64,000 nucleotides of DNA from a virus, in IMG/VR virus record IMGVR_UViG_3300033049_000020, positions 88,465-152,464 of that record. The stretch is one strand, 5' to 3'. Below the pieces are notes generated by a model. It was not told the origin of the DNA and ran no database searches. It saw nothing but the letters and a program-made list of their open reading frames with translations. Numbering within the stretch: the stretch's first letter is position 1; each line of letters opens with the position of its first letter. Of the stretch, positions 46,655 through 57,227 are shown in pieces. Made by a program: the position numbers and the translations under genes.

Positions 46655-47284
46655 GTGACTAAGAAAAAAGAAAAGATATTATTTGCGAAAAGCGCTCTAC
46701 TAAACAAAGCAGGGTATAACAGTACTGCTGCTATTAGCGCCACTGTTATTAACGACTACGGAGACAACCCTAGTATAGAGTTACAATTGACTGATTGTTA
46801 TAAAGCAATCACTTTTGATTTTTCATTATATGAAGAAATTGACAGAGATAACACACTATACAAGTTGGACACATTATTGGACGTATTAGTGGATTTCAGA
46901 CATGCAGTTTCTGATGCGTGTGACAAAGCCAAAATAGTCCAAATAAAAAGGGAGAAAGCCAGTCGAAAAGCCAAAAAAAACGGAAAAGACGTGAACGAAA
47001 GCCAAACGTGTGAACTATGTGAACGTGAACGCACAACAACGTTCCATCACTTAGTACCTAAGAAAAGTCACAAGCGTTCAAGAGTAACCAAACTACACAC
47101 CAAGGAATACATGAATGCTATTGGTGTTGACCTATGCAAAAGTTGTCATAAGACTGTTCACAAATTTTTTACTCATATGGAATTAGCATTAGAATACTAC
47201 ACCTTAGACTTGCTCAAAGGTAATGAGAAATTAATGAAATTCGTTATATGGCTTAAAAAACAGAAGAAAGACGTTAAGGTATAA
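46655..47284 (+). CDS. Protein with C-terminal HNH (YisB-like) domain
   Basis: CELC...TFHHLVP...LCKSCH..VH. Confidence 0.7.
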   Translation: MTKKKEKILFAKSALLNKAGYNSTAAISATVINDYGDNPSIELQLTDCYKAITFDFSLYEEIDRDNTLYKLDTLLDVLVDFRHAVSDACDKAKIVQIKREKASRKAKKNGKDVNESQTCELCERERTTTFHHLVPKKSHKRSRVTKLHTKEYMNAIGVDLCKSCHKTVHKFFTHMELALEYYTLDLLKGNEKLMKFVIWLKKQKKDVKV

Positions 47285-47355
47285 CTTTATGTCACAATAA
47301 TATAAAGTTTTTACTACTTTCACATTTTAGTTCATAGTTATATCTAAACGGGATT

Positions 47356-47952
47356 ATGAAAGAATGTGTTAAATGTGATGAGATAAAATTGGATGATGAG
47401 TTTTACTTGAGGGGTTCCCCTAAAAAGTTGACTAAATATTGTAAAGACTGTATAAAGAAATCTGATAAGGAGCGAAGAATTAGGCGACTCATGAAGTCAG
47501 ACCCAAATAAGGCTAACCGAATACTAACTCTCCATAAGGAGAAAGAAGTTAGAGATAAAACTAAACGAGATGGGTGTTCTTGGTGTTACAAATGTAAAGA
47601 ACATGTCCCAAATGAAGGCTTCTCAGAGTATAATTTGGGAAATCATGGTTCGTGTAGGAATTGTTCCAATATGGATTCGATACAAAGAACTAGAAAATTA
47701 AAATTAGAGGGTATTGAATATTTAGGTGGTTGTTGTAGTATTTGTGAGTTTATAGGTCACTACTCAGCATTTGATTTTCACCATAAAGATTCATCAACTA
47801 AAGAGTTTGATTGGAGAATAGGTAGGAAGATGACATTTGAAAAAATTAAAAAAGAGTTGGATAAATGTGAACTACTTTGTGGTAACTGCCACTCAATGGT
47901 ACATAGTAAATTAAATAATAATGGTACATTAAATAATATGTACATCATCTAA
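47356..47952 (+). CDS. HNH homing endonuclease
   Basis: YLGG.C..C...FDFHH...ELDKCELLC.NCH..VH. Confidence 0.85.
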   Translation: MKECVKCDEIKLDDEFYLRGSPKKLTKYCKDCIKKSDKERRIRRLMKSDPNKANRILTLHKEKEVRDKTKRDGCSWCYKCKEHVPNEGFSEYNLGNHGSCRNCSNMDSIQRTRKLKLEGIEYLGGCCSICEFIGHYSAFDFHHKDSSTKEFDWRIGRKMTFEKIKKELDKCELLCGNCHSMVHSKLNNNGTLNNMYII

Positions 47953-48094
47953 TTGTCATAAGGCTATTCATAAAATGTATGACCACATGACTCTAGCATT
48001 AGAGTATTATACCTTAGAACTACTTAAAGGTAGTGAAAAACTAATGAAGTTCGTAACTTGGGTTAAGAAACAAACTAAAAAAGCAAAGATATGA
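47953..48094 (+). pseudogene. Orphaned 3' end of the 46655 gene
   Basis: CHKAIHKMYDHMTLALEYYTLELLKGSEKLMKFVTWVKKQ is homologous to 47144-47284. Confidence 0.8.
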
Positions 48095-48663
48095 AATTAA
48101 CTGACGCATTCAATGAAGTTGTGAATAACCCACTTAATGAGGCAAAACGAGATTACGGTTGTGTAATGTTATATTTTCCAGTATCAGACGAGTTCTGGGA
48201 TAAAATTCAAGGGAGAATTGATGATGAAGACATATCATCGGATAAGGATGAAGACGGTAAAGAGAAGAATGGTAGACAACCTGCTAATGAAGCTCATGTT
48301 ACCCTACTATATGGTATCCATGCTGACGTTACAGATGAAGACGTTGAGGCTATCATCAACCAAATTGGTAAAATGGACTTAACATTACGCAAGATTTCAA
48401 TGTTCGAGAACGATGAGTTCGATGTGTTGAAATTTGATGTAGAAGGAGATGGTTTATTCGAATACAATAAGAAATTCCGTGAATTACCACATACGACCAA
48501 CTTTCCAGACTACCATCCACACCTTACAATCGCATATATGAATAAGGGTACAATTACTGATGAGATACAGAAAGATTTGTCTAAGGACGAGACCTTGACG
48601 GTTCAAGCCAACAAGGTAGTATACTCAAAACCAGATGGTTCCAAGAAAAATTATGAGCTTTAA
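48091..48663 (+). CDS. 2H phosphoesterase, Acb1 (T4 gp57B)-like
   Basis: Two HxT motifs: AHVTLLYG and YHPHLTIAY. Confidence 0.75.
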   Translation: MKLTDAFNEVVNNPLNEAKRDYGCVMLYFPVSDEFWDKIQGRIDDEDISSDKDEDGKEKNGRQPANEAHVTLLYGIHADVTDEDVEAIINQIGKMDLTLRKISMFENDEFDVLKFDVEGDGLFEYNKKFRELPHTTNFPDYHPHLTIAYMNKGTITDEIQKDLSKDETLTVQANKVVYSKPDGSKKNYEL

Positions 48664-48968
48664 GATAGGTGACTTCATTAAATGGAAAGGTAGGGAAGTA
48701 GACTTACCATGGGTATACCTTATCCATTACATTATAGATGATGAGATATATAGTAGTCGTTTTGAAGAATATTCGGATGACCCACCAGCACCTAGAGAAT
48801 TAAAAGTATATTTCGGTAGGGGTGATACCTTATGGTACTGTTCTGAACCATCAGCGTGGCAACTGAATTGGAGGCTACCAATCGATGTGGTAGAGGATAA
48901 ATACGAACTTCTTTAAATTAATTTACTTAGGGGTTGAAACTCTCATTTATATTCGGTATCTTTGCTGT

Positions 48969-49349
48969 ATGAGACTAATATCAACACACGTTGTAAAGAC
49001 CTTAGACCTTGGAGTTCACGGAAATTTATTCGGTGGACGAATGTTAGCTTGGGCTGATGAAGCTGGGGGAGCATACGCATCAGAGGCTGCAAGGTCTACT
49101 ATGTTAGTAACCGTATCTTTAGGGTCGGTAGAGTTTAGAAAAGCGGTCAAATTAGGTCGAATAGTTAAAATATATGGAGATACCATTAAAATCGGTAACT
49201 CATCAATCACAATCAAATTAGAAGCTAGGTCGTTCAATACTTATACGGGTAAGGAGACCATTGTGTTTTCAACTGACGCTATATTCGTGAGGATTGATGA
49301 TGAAGGTTCCCCAATACCAATAGATAAAGTCAAAATTGAGAATGGATAA
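48969..49349 (+). CDS. Hotdog-fold acyl-CoA thioesterase
   Basis: DLGVHGNLFGG..L.W.DE...VTV. Confidence 0.85.
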   Translation: MRLISTHVVKTLDLGVHGNLFGGRMLAWADEAGGAYASEAARSTMLVTVSLGSVEFRKAVKLGRIVKIYGDTIKIGNSSITIKLEARSFNTYTGKETIVFSTDAIFVRIDDEGSPIPIDKVKIENG

Positions 49350-49956
49350 AAAATATGAATCAAAAGAGATAGATGCGGTAGTAGAATTATTGTGCCGAAT
49401 GATAAATACCAAGGACTTTACCTATGGTCATATGATAGACCTAATGGAGGGAGTTCAATCTAATGGTCATTTTATGGGTGAAGAATATTGTGGTAATGAC
49501 CACGAATATTGGGGTGATTATGACGAAGGTGAAATCTTTGATAATTATATGGTCACCACTTATGAGCCTGACTTAAATATGGTAATGGCCAGATATGGAT
49601 TTGTTCCTACGATTAAGGGTTTAGAACTTGAGAACTTAATAGATGAAGAGAAACATGAGTTATTGGTTAGTATAGGTAAAAAGTTTGGGTCAATACAGCA
49701 ATTGGAAACCTTTATAGGTGAAGAATTGATGAGTGAGTTTAGAGGATTCGAATATAAGAAGACGGATATAGCTAATACTGATAAGAACTGTATATGTGAA
49801 AATATTATCGAAAACGAAAACTATGAAATTGAAGGTTGTTGTCGATATAATAACAAATCATTCCATAATCAGTGGATAGGAACGGGCAAAGACGGTGATT
49901 TTTTCCAGACAGTCTGTCCATGTGGAAAAGTTTCTAAACCTTTTTTAGGTGAATAG
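49336..49956 (+). CDS. Hypothetical protein
   Basis: Packed ORF; start uncertain. Confidence 0.6.
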   Translation: MRMDKKYESKEIDAVVELLCRMINTKDFTYGHMIDLMEGVQSNGHFMGEEYCGNDHEYWGDYDEGEIFDNYMVTTYEPDLNMVMARYGFVPTIKGLELENLIDEEKHELLVSIGKKFGSIQQLETFIGEELMSEFRGFEYKKTDIANTDKNCICENIIENENYEIEGCCRYNNKSFHNQWIGTGKDGDFFQTVCPCGKVSKPFLGE

Positions 49957-49992
49957 GTTGTAAGTCTCGAATAAATTTTGTATCTTTGTAAC

Positions 49993-50385
49993 ATGCTATT
50001 AGAAACGATAAATACGGACATTAAAAATGCTATGAAAGCTAAAGAAGCTGACAAGCTTCTGACACTAAGATTCCTTAAAGGTCAAGTCCAAAGAAAATAC
50101 GACAATCCAACGGATGGTGATATAGTTAGCACAGTCAAGAAGTGTATTAACGATGTTAAAGATACTACCAATGACGCTGCTGAAATTGCTATTTTAGAAA
50201 TTTATCTACCAAAGCAATTATCTTCTGAAGACATGGGTGCATTAACATATATGTTCGTTAAGGAAAATACCCTTGAGGGTAGAGCTGGAATGGGGCAAAT
50301 TATGAAACACTTCAAGGAAAATTATGCTGGTCAATATGACGGTAAGGAATTATCTAATATTGCTAACAACGCATTAGGACTATAA
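49993..50385 (+). CDS. GatB/YqeY domain protein
   Basis: DIKNAMKAKE...LR.LK...EIAILE.YLPKQLS...MGQIM. Confidence 0.85.
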   Translation: MLLETINTDIKNAMKAKEADKLLTLRFLKGQVQRKYDNPTDGDIVSTVKKCINDVKDTTNDAAEIAILEIYLPKQLSSEDMGALTYMFVKENTLEGRAGMGQIMKHFKENYAGQYDGKELSNIANNALGL

Positions 50386-50750
50386 TGACAATCACTATAG
50401 GTTACGTACTTCTGATAGGTTTTATTCACTGGATAAGTGACTTTATTTTTCAGACTGACGATATGGCTAATAATAAAGGTAAGTCGATTAAATGGCTTTC
50501 CTTTCATGTTTTCACCTATTCCTTATTGACAACAATGGGATGGGCGGCTTTTACACAAAATCCAGAGGACTTATTCATGGTTTTCTTGATAACATTTAGC
50601 ACTCATTGGGTGACGGACTTCTTCACCAGTAAGGCCACAGGATATTTCTACTTAAAACAAGAATGGAGAAATTTCTTTAATGTAGTGGGGCTAGACCAAT
50701 TAATACATTTAACAACACTAATGCTAACATACAACTATATACTAAACTAA
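50385..50750 (+). CDS. DUF3307-like membrane protein
   Basis: HWISDF.FQ...K...H...HWVTD...GLDQLIH. Confidence 0.8.
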   Translation: MTITIGYVLLIGFIHWISDFIFQTDDMANNKGKSIKWLSFHVFTYSLLTTMGWAAFTQNPEDLFMVFLITFSTHWVTDFFTSKATGYFYLKQEWRNFFNVVGLDQLIHLTTLMLTYNYILN

Positions 50751-50755
50751 GAAAT

Positions 50756-52141
50756 ATGTCGGAAGAGAAGAATGAGAATAAGAGGAAAACGTATTTCCCA
50801 AAAGTGAATGGAGAATTAGACCCAGCTTTAGTGATTAGCGCAGAGGCTAAGACACCATCCGATACCGTACTCAAAACTATTAAAAGTCATCTTAAAATGG
50901 AAGAACAATATGAGTTCGACTCTGAATACCCATTAGAAGAAGTCGAAGAAGGAGAAGAGACAATTGGGGCTGGATTAGAGAACGGTAGAGATTTTAAAAT
51001 TAGTTGTATAGAATTAGCCATTATCAATAGGTTTTTGACTGATGTTCTATTAAAAGGATTCGAGGGTATCAAGGTTAATTCTTATGGTACAACTACAAGT
51101 ACAGGTAGATTATCATTTGGTGGTGACCTTAACGTAACTAACGGATGGTGGTATGATATTAGCATTGAGGATGATAACAATAGTTATATTTTTCAAACTA
51201 TGTCACACCTTGATAGATATGATAGATTACAAACATACTTAAGCATCTCCTCAAAAGAGGGTTTACTCTTTAACGTTTTTAAAGAAATGTTCGAAGAGTT
51301 CAAACTAATAGCATTCAACAACTCAGCATATCAAGGTAAGTGTATCGAGGTTGAAATATTTGAAGGTGTATTCCAAGGAATAGAAATCTTAGATTTGGGT
51401 GATATTGTGCATAACTTAATATTAACTGAAACTCAAGACCGATATGTAAACCACTTCATTAAAAGAGTGAGTAGAGGTAAGACGGCTAGAGTGCTGTTCA
51501 ATGGGATTCCAGGAACTGGAAAGACTGAAAGTATTCGAAAAATTAATGCGGCACTAATGCCTCATGCAACCTTCATTATACCAAGATTTGCAACAATCAA
51601 CGACCTTAGAATGGTTCTAGAAACCTGTGAGGTGTTTAACAATGGTGTCGTGATTATGGATGATATTGACTTATTCATTGGGTCTAGAGATAAAGGTAAC
51701 TACACCAACCTATTGGGTGAATTCTTATCATTTTTTGATGGGGTTAAGAAACGCAAAATTAGCCTATTAGCATCTACCAATGATAAAGGATTAGTAGATA
51801 GGGCGGCAGAGCGTCCAGGACGATTTAACTTCATCATTGACTTTGAATATCTTGATAAGGGGCAAACAATTGAAATTTGTAAAATCCATTTGGATAAGAA
51901 ATGGCAAATACAAAAAGTATATGATGCCTTAACTGGGTCAATTGATGGAAAGCCCATGAAAGTAACTGGTGCATTTATCGCAAATCTATCAGAAAACATT
52001 AGAGAGATGTCAGAAGATGCTGATGAAGAAGGAGATGTGTGGACAATTGAGGACACTATCTCGCTCATCAACTCATCTTATAAAGGATTCTATAGTAGTC
52101 AAGTAAATAATAAAAACGGTCACGTAGGATTAGTACAGTAA
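50756..52141 (+). CDS. AAA+ ATPase
   Basis: GIPGTGKT, MDDID, ASTN, RPGRF. Confidence 0.85.
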   Translation: MSEEKNENKRKTYFPKVNGELDPALVISAEAKTPSDTVLKTIKSHLKMEEQYEFDSEYPLEEVEEGEETIGAGLENGRDFKISCIELAIINRFLTDVLLKGFEGIKVNSYGTTTSTGRLSFGGDLNVTNGWWYDISIEDDNNSYIFQTMSHLDRYDRLQTYLSISSKEGLLFNVFKEMFEEFKLIAFNNSAYQGKCIEVEIFEGVFQGIEILDLGDIVHNLILTETQDRYVNHFIKRVSRGKTARVLFNGIPGTGKTESIRKINAALMPHATFIIPRFATINDLRMVLETCEVFNNGVVIMDDIDLFIGSRDKGNYTNLLGEFLSFFDGVKKRKISLLASTNDKGLVDRAAERPGRFNFIIDFEYLDKGQTIEICKIHLDKKWQIQKVYDALTGSIDGKPMKVTGAFIANLSENIREMSEDADEEGDVWTIEDTISLINSSYKGFYSSQVNNKNGHVGLVQ

Positions 52142-52204
52142 AATTAAATTTGCATATGTCAAATATTTTACTTATCTTTGTGATATCAAAACAAACTTAT
52201 TAGA

Positions 52205-53167
52205 ATGGGAGTAGAATTAAAAACAGCAGTTAACCCAGATGATTACACGTTAGGTGTAATTGTTGCGAGATTCCAAATAGACCGACTACATGAAGGTCAC
52301 ATTGCATTAATTGACTCTGTAGTTAGTCATCACAAGAAGGTAATTGTTTTCCTTGGTATTCCAGCCAAAGATAAAGGTGGTACAAGAAGCAACCCACTAC
52401 CTTATGCTGCAAGAGAAAAGATGGTTAAGGAAGCTTACCCTAATGTAGTGGTAATGCCAATACAAGACAAACGAAGTAACGAAGAGTGGAGTAAACAACT
52501 CGATACTCTAGTTAAACAACCTTTCGGAAACACTAAGTGCTTACTATATGGTGCAAGAGATTCATTCTTGAAACACTACTGCGGTAAGAATGATACAACC
52601 GAACTTACATCAGACATCTTTTATTCAAGTACAATTGCTAGGAAAGAGATTTCAGAAGAAATCCAAGGCTCCGAAGCATGGAGAGCTGGAGCAATTCATG
52701 CTATATATGACAGATACCCAGTATCTTACCCAACAGTAGACATTATTCCTTATAACGTAAACAACCAAATCCTATTGGCTCAACGTGAGAACTCTGACAA
52801 GTGGAGAATGATTGGCGGATTTGTTGACCGAACAGATAAAAACTTGGAATCTGCCGCTAAACGAGAGTTGAGCGAGGAAGCTGGAATGTGGGAAAGTACA
52901 CCAATGGAATATGTAACCAGTGGCCAAGTAAATGATTGGAGATACCGAGGTGACGAAGATGGTATTATGACCACAGTATTCAAGTGTCAACACCTTTTTG
53001 GCCGACCTGCACCAGACGATGACATTTATGCCCTTAAGTGGTTTGACATCAATGTGTTACAAGAAACACTTGAAGATATCATTGTAGAGGAGCATAAAGA
53101 ATTTTTACAAACATTTTTGGACACTCATGTAGAGATGGTCGGAGATACGAAGGGAAAAGGAGTATGA
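52205..53167 (+). CDS. nadM: Bifunctional NMN adenylyltransferase / Nudix ADP-ribose pyrophosphatase
   Basis: RFQ..LHEGH; NPL; Nudix GGF...AAKRELSEEAG. Confidence 0.9.
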   Translation: MGVELKTAVNPDDYTLGVIVARFQIDRLHEGHIALIDSVVSHHKKVIVFLGIPAKDKGGTRSNPLPYAAREKMVKEAYPNVVVMPIQDKRSNEEWSKQLDTLVKQPFGNTKCLLYGARDSFLKHYCGKNDTTELTSDIFYSSTIARKEISEEIQGSEAWRAGAIHAIYDRYPVSYPTVDIIPYNVNNQILLAQRENSDKWRMIGGFVDRTDKNLESAAKRELSEEAGMWESTPMEYVTSGQVNDWRYRGDEDGIMTTVFKCQHLFGRPAPDDDIYALKWFDINVLQETLEDIIVEEHKEFLQTFLDTHVEMVGDTKGKGV

Positions 53168-53451
53168 CACCAGAAGAATGTAGAATATTTCGTGGTCAAA
53201 ACATGAAGGTCAAAAACAAAGATGTTCGTGTGAAACTATTGGCAATGTCCCAAGAAAATATGTGGGACTATATGGACTGGCATGAGTCTGAATTGATTCA
53301 TGGGTGGAGATTGAAAGCCAATCACACAGACGAGGATATTAAAATTCTTAAGACTGCATTAGCGGAAGCCAACGAGTGTATCGAGATACAATCATATGAG
53401 TTAGATTCTAGTAACGAAAGAATCATAGAGCTGATGGAAGAGAATAATTAG
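53164..53451 (+). CDS. Hypothetical protein
   Basis: Coupled ORF. Confidence 0.55.
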   Translation: MTPEECRIFRGQNMKVKNKDVRVKLLAMSQENMWDYMDWHESELIHGWRLKANHTDEDIKILKTALAEANECIEIQSYELDSSNERIIELMEENN

Positions 53452-53461
53452 ACAAAGAACA

Positions 53462-53716
53462 ATGAAATATCGAATCAAAATAATCACGTTTAGAAATGGT
53501 AAACAAGAATTTGAACCTCAAGCAGGAGAAAACTCAATGCTACCTTGGAAGGAAACAACTTGGAATGGTGTCAATTATAAAGGTGAAGTCTTATCTGGTT
53601 TTTATGATTACGCTCCTAAATGTGATACTAGGAAAGATGCATTAAGAGCTATTGACAGGCATTATGACGGTAACACTGATGCTCATACCATTGAATTTGA
53701 ATACATCAACAAATAA
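53462..53716 (+). CDS. Hypothetical protein
   Basis: ORF. Confidence 0.55.
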   Translation: MKYRIKIITFRNGKQEFEPQAGENSMLPWKETTWNGVNYKGEVLSGFYDYAPKCDTRKDALRAIDRHYDGNTDAHTIEFEYINK

Positions 53717-53766
53717 ATTTGCATAATCGGAAATAATTCCATATATTTGTATAAAATTAAAACAAT

Positions 53767-55350
53767 ATGAGTTTACAAAGACAACTTAGACGAAACCTCA
53801 AGACAGCCTTAGAGAATAGGGATTGGGAGACCATGAACATATTAGCTCCATCATTAGACAAACTATTGGAGAAGCCTGATAATTTAGTACTTCTTGGAGA
53901 TGCTTACAAGTATTCTCATCATAAGTTTTATCTTGACAATACAAGTGTAATTGGTTCGTATATGGAATCAAGAGGGGGTCGATACTCCTCAACAGTATTC
54001 TACGGACTACAATACTTCCTTAAACGATATTTGAGTGGAGTTGCTATCCTTGCAGAAGAGGTAGACGAGGCTTATGAGTACCTAGGAACTAAATTGGGTA
54101 CATTCGGTAGAGACGATGTGTTTGACCGAAGTAAGTTTGACTACATTGTTGAGAAGCATGGTGGTAGACTACCAATCAGAATTAAGGCAGTTCCAGAGGG
54201 AACGTCAGTTAACGTTAGTAACGTTATGTTGTACATCGAGAACACTGACCCTAATTGTGCATGGTTAACCAACTTCTTAGAAACATTGATTCTACAGATT
54301 TGGTATCCAATTACAGTAGCTACTCTTTCAAGAGAGGTGAAGAAAGTAGCTAATCAAGCGTTCCTTGATACTACTGACCATGATAAAGACACTATTGATT
54401 TCTTATTGGACTTCGTATTGAATGACTTTGGTTTCCGTGGAGTGTCCAGTGTTCAATCAGCCGCAATCGGTGGCTCTGCACACTTGGTGAACTTTAGAGG
54501 TTCAGACACTACAGTAGCGTCTCAACTTATTAGAGAGAATTATAATACCGATGTTGTTTACAACCTATCAGTTCCAGCAACTGAGCACTCCATCATGTGT
54601 ATGGAAGGTAAGGAGGGTGAAGCTAAGATGATGAGACGAGTTCTTGAGCAATATCCAACAGGTATTGTAGCTTGTGTGTCAGATACTTATGGTATTATGA
54701 ATGCAATCAGAAACATCTGGGGCGATGAGTTGAAGGATTTGATTTTGTCAAGACCTGCGGAACCAGGAAATCAGTTGGTTATCCGACCTGATTCTGGCCA
54801 CGTAATCAACACATTGATTATGATTTTCGATGAGTTATTTGACATTTTCGGATACACAACCAACAGCAAAGGTTATAAGGTACTTCCATCACAGATTAGA
54901 GTAATCCAAGGTGATGGTGTCAACCCAGACGCAATTGCTGAGATTTATGACATGCTACGAGAGAGAAAAATCTCTGCCGAGAACATTGTATTCGGTATGG
55001 GTGGAAAGCTTCTTCAAGCTAATATTGATAGAGATACGCAGAATTTCGCAACCAAAGCATGCTATGCTGTGATTAATGGTAAAGAACGTAACATCGTTAA
55101 GGAGCCGATTGAAATTAATGAGAACTTCGAGGAAGTTCCATCATTCAAGAAGTCTAAGCAAGGAATGCCTAAATTGGTTAAGAATGATGATGGAACGTTC
55201 CGAACAGTTACTAGCCATATGGTCGAGTTTGACTCAGTTAAAGATGAGTTAGTGACTGTGTTTGAAAATGGTAACATTTTGGTTGATTACACTTTCGAAG
55301 AAATTAGAGAACGAGCAAGTATTCATGAAGAAACTCTGGAGCTAGTTTAA
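53767..55350 (+). CDS. nadV: Nicotinamide phosphoribosyltransferase
   Basis: DAYKYSH, DFGFRG, PATEHS, VSDTY, IRPDSG, QGDG, FGMGG. Confidence 0.95.
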   Translation: MSLQRQLRRNLKTALENRDWETMNILAPSLDKLLEKPDNLVLLGDAYKYSHHKFYLDNTSVIGSYMESRGGRYSSTVFYGLQYFLKRYLSGVAILAEEVDEAYEYLGTKLGTFGRDDVFDRSKFDYIVEKHGGRLPIRIKAVPEGTSVNVSNVMLYIENTDPNCAWLTNFLETLILQIWYPITVATLSREVKKVANQAFLDTTDHDKDTIDFLLDFVLNDFGFRGVSSVQSAAIGGSAHLVNFRGSDTTVASQLIRENYNTDVVYNLSVPATEHSIMCMEGKEGEAKMMRRVLEQYPTGIVACVSDTYGIMNAIRNIWGDELKDLILSRPAEPGNQLVIRPDSGHVINTLIMIFDELFDIFGYTTNSKGYKVLPSQIRVIQGDGVNPDAIAEIYDMLRERKISAENIVFGMGGKLLQANIDRDTQNFATKACYAVINGKERNIVKEPIEINENFEEVPSFKKSKQGMPKLVKNDDGTFRTVTSHMVEFDSVKDELVTVFENGNILVDYTFEEIRERASIHEETLELV

Positions 55351-55746
55351 TGAATAAATTTGAATCGTTGTTAGAAAAGTTTGAGCGAGAAGGGAAGGTG
55401 ACAACGTTGCCACCAAAACAAGTAAGTAAACTACATAAAGGTCTTATGAAGGATTTGGCCGAGTATAGAGCAGAGGATAAGATTCGTAGATATAAGTCCG
55501 AACAAGATATTTTAGTAACAATATTAAACGCATAATTATGAGTGATATGAAAGATTTAAAGTGGGTAGAAACCAACATTAGCAGGTGTAGACACTTTGCT
55601 ACGATAGGTAACCCCATAGCACTGCATTTGATTCAATCAGGCTTCAAGGATGAGTATGTGATGGTTGAGGAGTATGGAGAGTACGAGTCCTATGAGATGT
55701 ACATTCTTACTGGTGCAGAAGTTAAAAAAAATTATGGAATAATAGT

Positions 55747-56457
55747 ATGAGTATAGTAAGAGCATTCGAAACCGCATTTTCAGACGCTGAGAGAAAGGGT
55801 TGGGATTATATTTATGTCTTCGTGGACTTACATAGTACTGTAATTAAGCCAAATTATACTGCTGGTAACATACCATCAGAATTCTATATTGGAGCCTTAG
55901 AAGCACTTAAAATGATGAGTGATACTGACGACATGAAACTCGTTATGTATACGTGTAGTCATCCACATGAGATTGAGAAGTATATTAAGCTGTTCGAGGA
56001 GCACAATATAATATTCAATTATGTAAATGAGAATCCAGAGGTAACTACAACACCTCAAGGGTATGGTTGTTATGATATGAAGCCATATTTTAATGTAATG
56101 CTTGAGGATAAGGCAGGTTTCTATCCAGAAGAGGATTGGGAGCCAGTAAATAATTATCTAAGACTTAGATATGATGTAGGTAGTCCAGATGCATGGTTCA
56201 AAGGATTGTTGATTAATATCAAAACCAATCCTAATTTTAAGGAAGACACTATGATAAGGTCAATATCGGCTATAGATATTGACATGTGGAATGAAGAATT
56301 TCCTGAAGCCAATTTTTATAATAGTTCTTTAGATAGGAAAGAATTTTTCAGTAGAATCAAAATAGCTAGCACCAAAGGGATGTTATCCTGTGACCCATGG
56401 AAACCATTCATAGATACTATTATAGAGATACAAAAAACAAAACCAAGATTAGGATGA
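55747..56457 (+). CDS. HAD-like hypothetical protein
   Basis: FVDLHST ... YVNENPE ... KPYF...EDKAGF. Confidence 0.6.
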   Translation: MSIVRAFETAFSDAERKGWDYIYVFVDLHSTVIKPNYTAGNIPSEFYIGALEALKMMSDTDDMKLVMYTCSHPHEIEKYIKLFEEHNIIFNYVNENPEVTTTPQGYGCYDMKPYFNVMLEDKAGFYPEEDWEPVNNYLRLRYDVGSPDAWFKGLLINIKTNPNFKEDTMIRSISAIDIDMWNEEFPEANFYNSSLDRKEFFSRIKIASTKGMLSCDPWKPFIDTIIEIQKTKPRLG

Positions 56458-57227
56458 CAAAGATTAAGGGAGAAGATTTTAGAAAATTACATGAAGGTGC
56501 GTGTGGAGAATGGCAAAAAAAGTTAGAAGATTGGTTTGCCCTCGATATTGCTATATATGGCTGGGCTAATGTATCTAACTCTAACTTATCAAATATGAGA
56601 AGTGCCTCAGATTCAGCACAACGCAAAATATTAGATGATATGTTCGGTTGTCAATATGAAATTGGAGATTGGGTTACTAAAATTGATACCCCATTTTCAG
56701 ATGACACATATACTAAGAAAATCTACAATATACAGAACGATGGTTGGTTACAATTTGAAGGGGAATTAATGCCAGATAATACACTAAACGCTTTCAATCC
56801 ACGTAAAGAATATTTGCGTTTGGCAACCAATGACGAAATAGATTCGATGAAATCTAAATTTAAAATAGGTGATTGGGTTACATGGACAGGTGCCCATCCC
56901 ACTACTGCTCAGATAATGGATACTTGTAAGTATGAGTCAGATTGTTGGAATTTATTAGGTATAGGGAAAACAGGTAACTACGACTTATGTAATGAAAAAC
57001 ATTTAAAATTTGCGACTAAGAACGAAATCAAGGTAGCTAAAGAAAATAGCTGGAAAGAAGGTGAGCCGTATTTAGTGTCATTCAGGGATGAAGGGTGGAA
57101 GTTAGCATATAGCACTGACACATTTGAACATTTCTATTATGAGTCTAAAAAGAGTGGTGGTAGCTCATACTACTCAATTTACCAAAAGTTGAGCTTAAAT
57201 ATTGATTATCCCGTAAAGGACTTTTAA
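56397..57227 (+). CDS. Hypothetical protein with internal repeats (true start probably 56454)
   Basis: Two IGDWVT ... AT..EI repeats. Confidence 0.65.
   Translation: METIHRYYYRDTKNKTKIRMTKIKGEDFRKLHEGACGEWQKKLEDWFALDIAIYGWANVSNSNLSNMRSASDSAQRKILDDMFGCQYEIGDWVTKIDTPFSDDTYTKKIYNIQNDGWLQFEGELMPDNTLNAFNPRKEYLRLATNDEIDSMKSKFKIGDWVTWTGAHPTTAQIMDTCKYESDCWNLLGIGKTGNYDLCNEKHLKFATKNEIKVAKENSWKEGEPYLVSFRDEGWKLAYSTDTFEHFYYESKKSGGSSYYSIYQKLSLNIDYPVKDF

Noticed and set aside
19695-49992. Recurrent N-terminal 'MYLC/MYIC' peptide in track ORFs (19695, 26981, 29110, 34017, 36391, 38219, 49978)
   Set aside because: Artefact of translating the TGTATCTTTGT promoter element; the true starts are 5-6 codons downstream.
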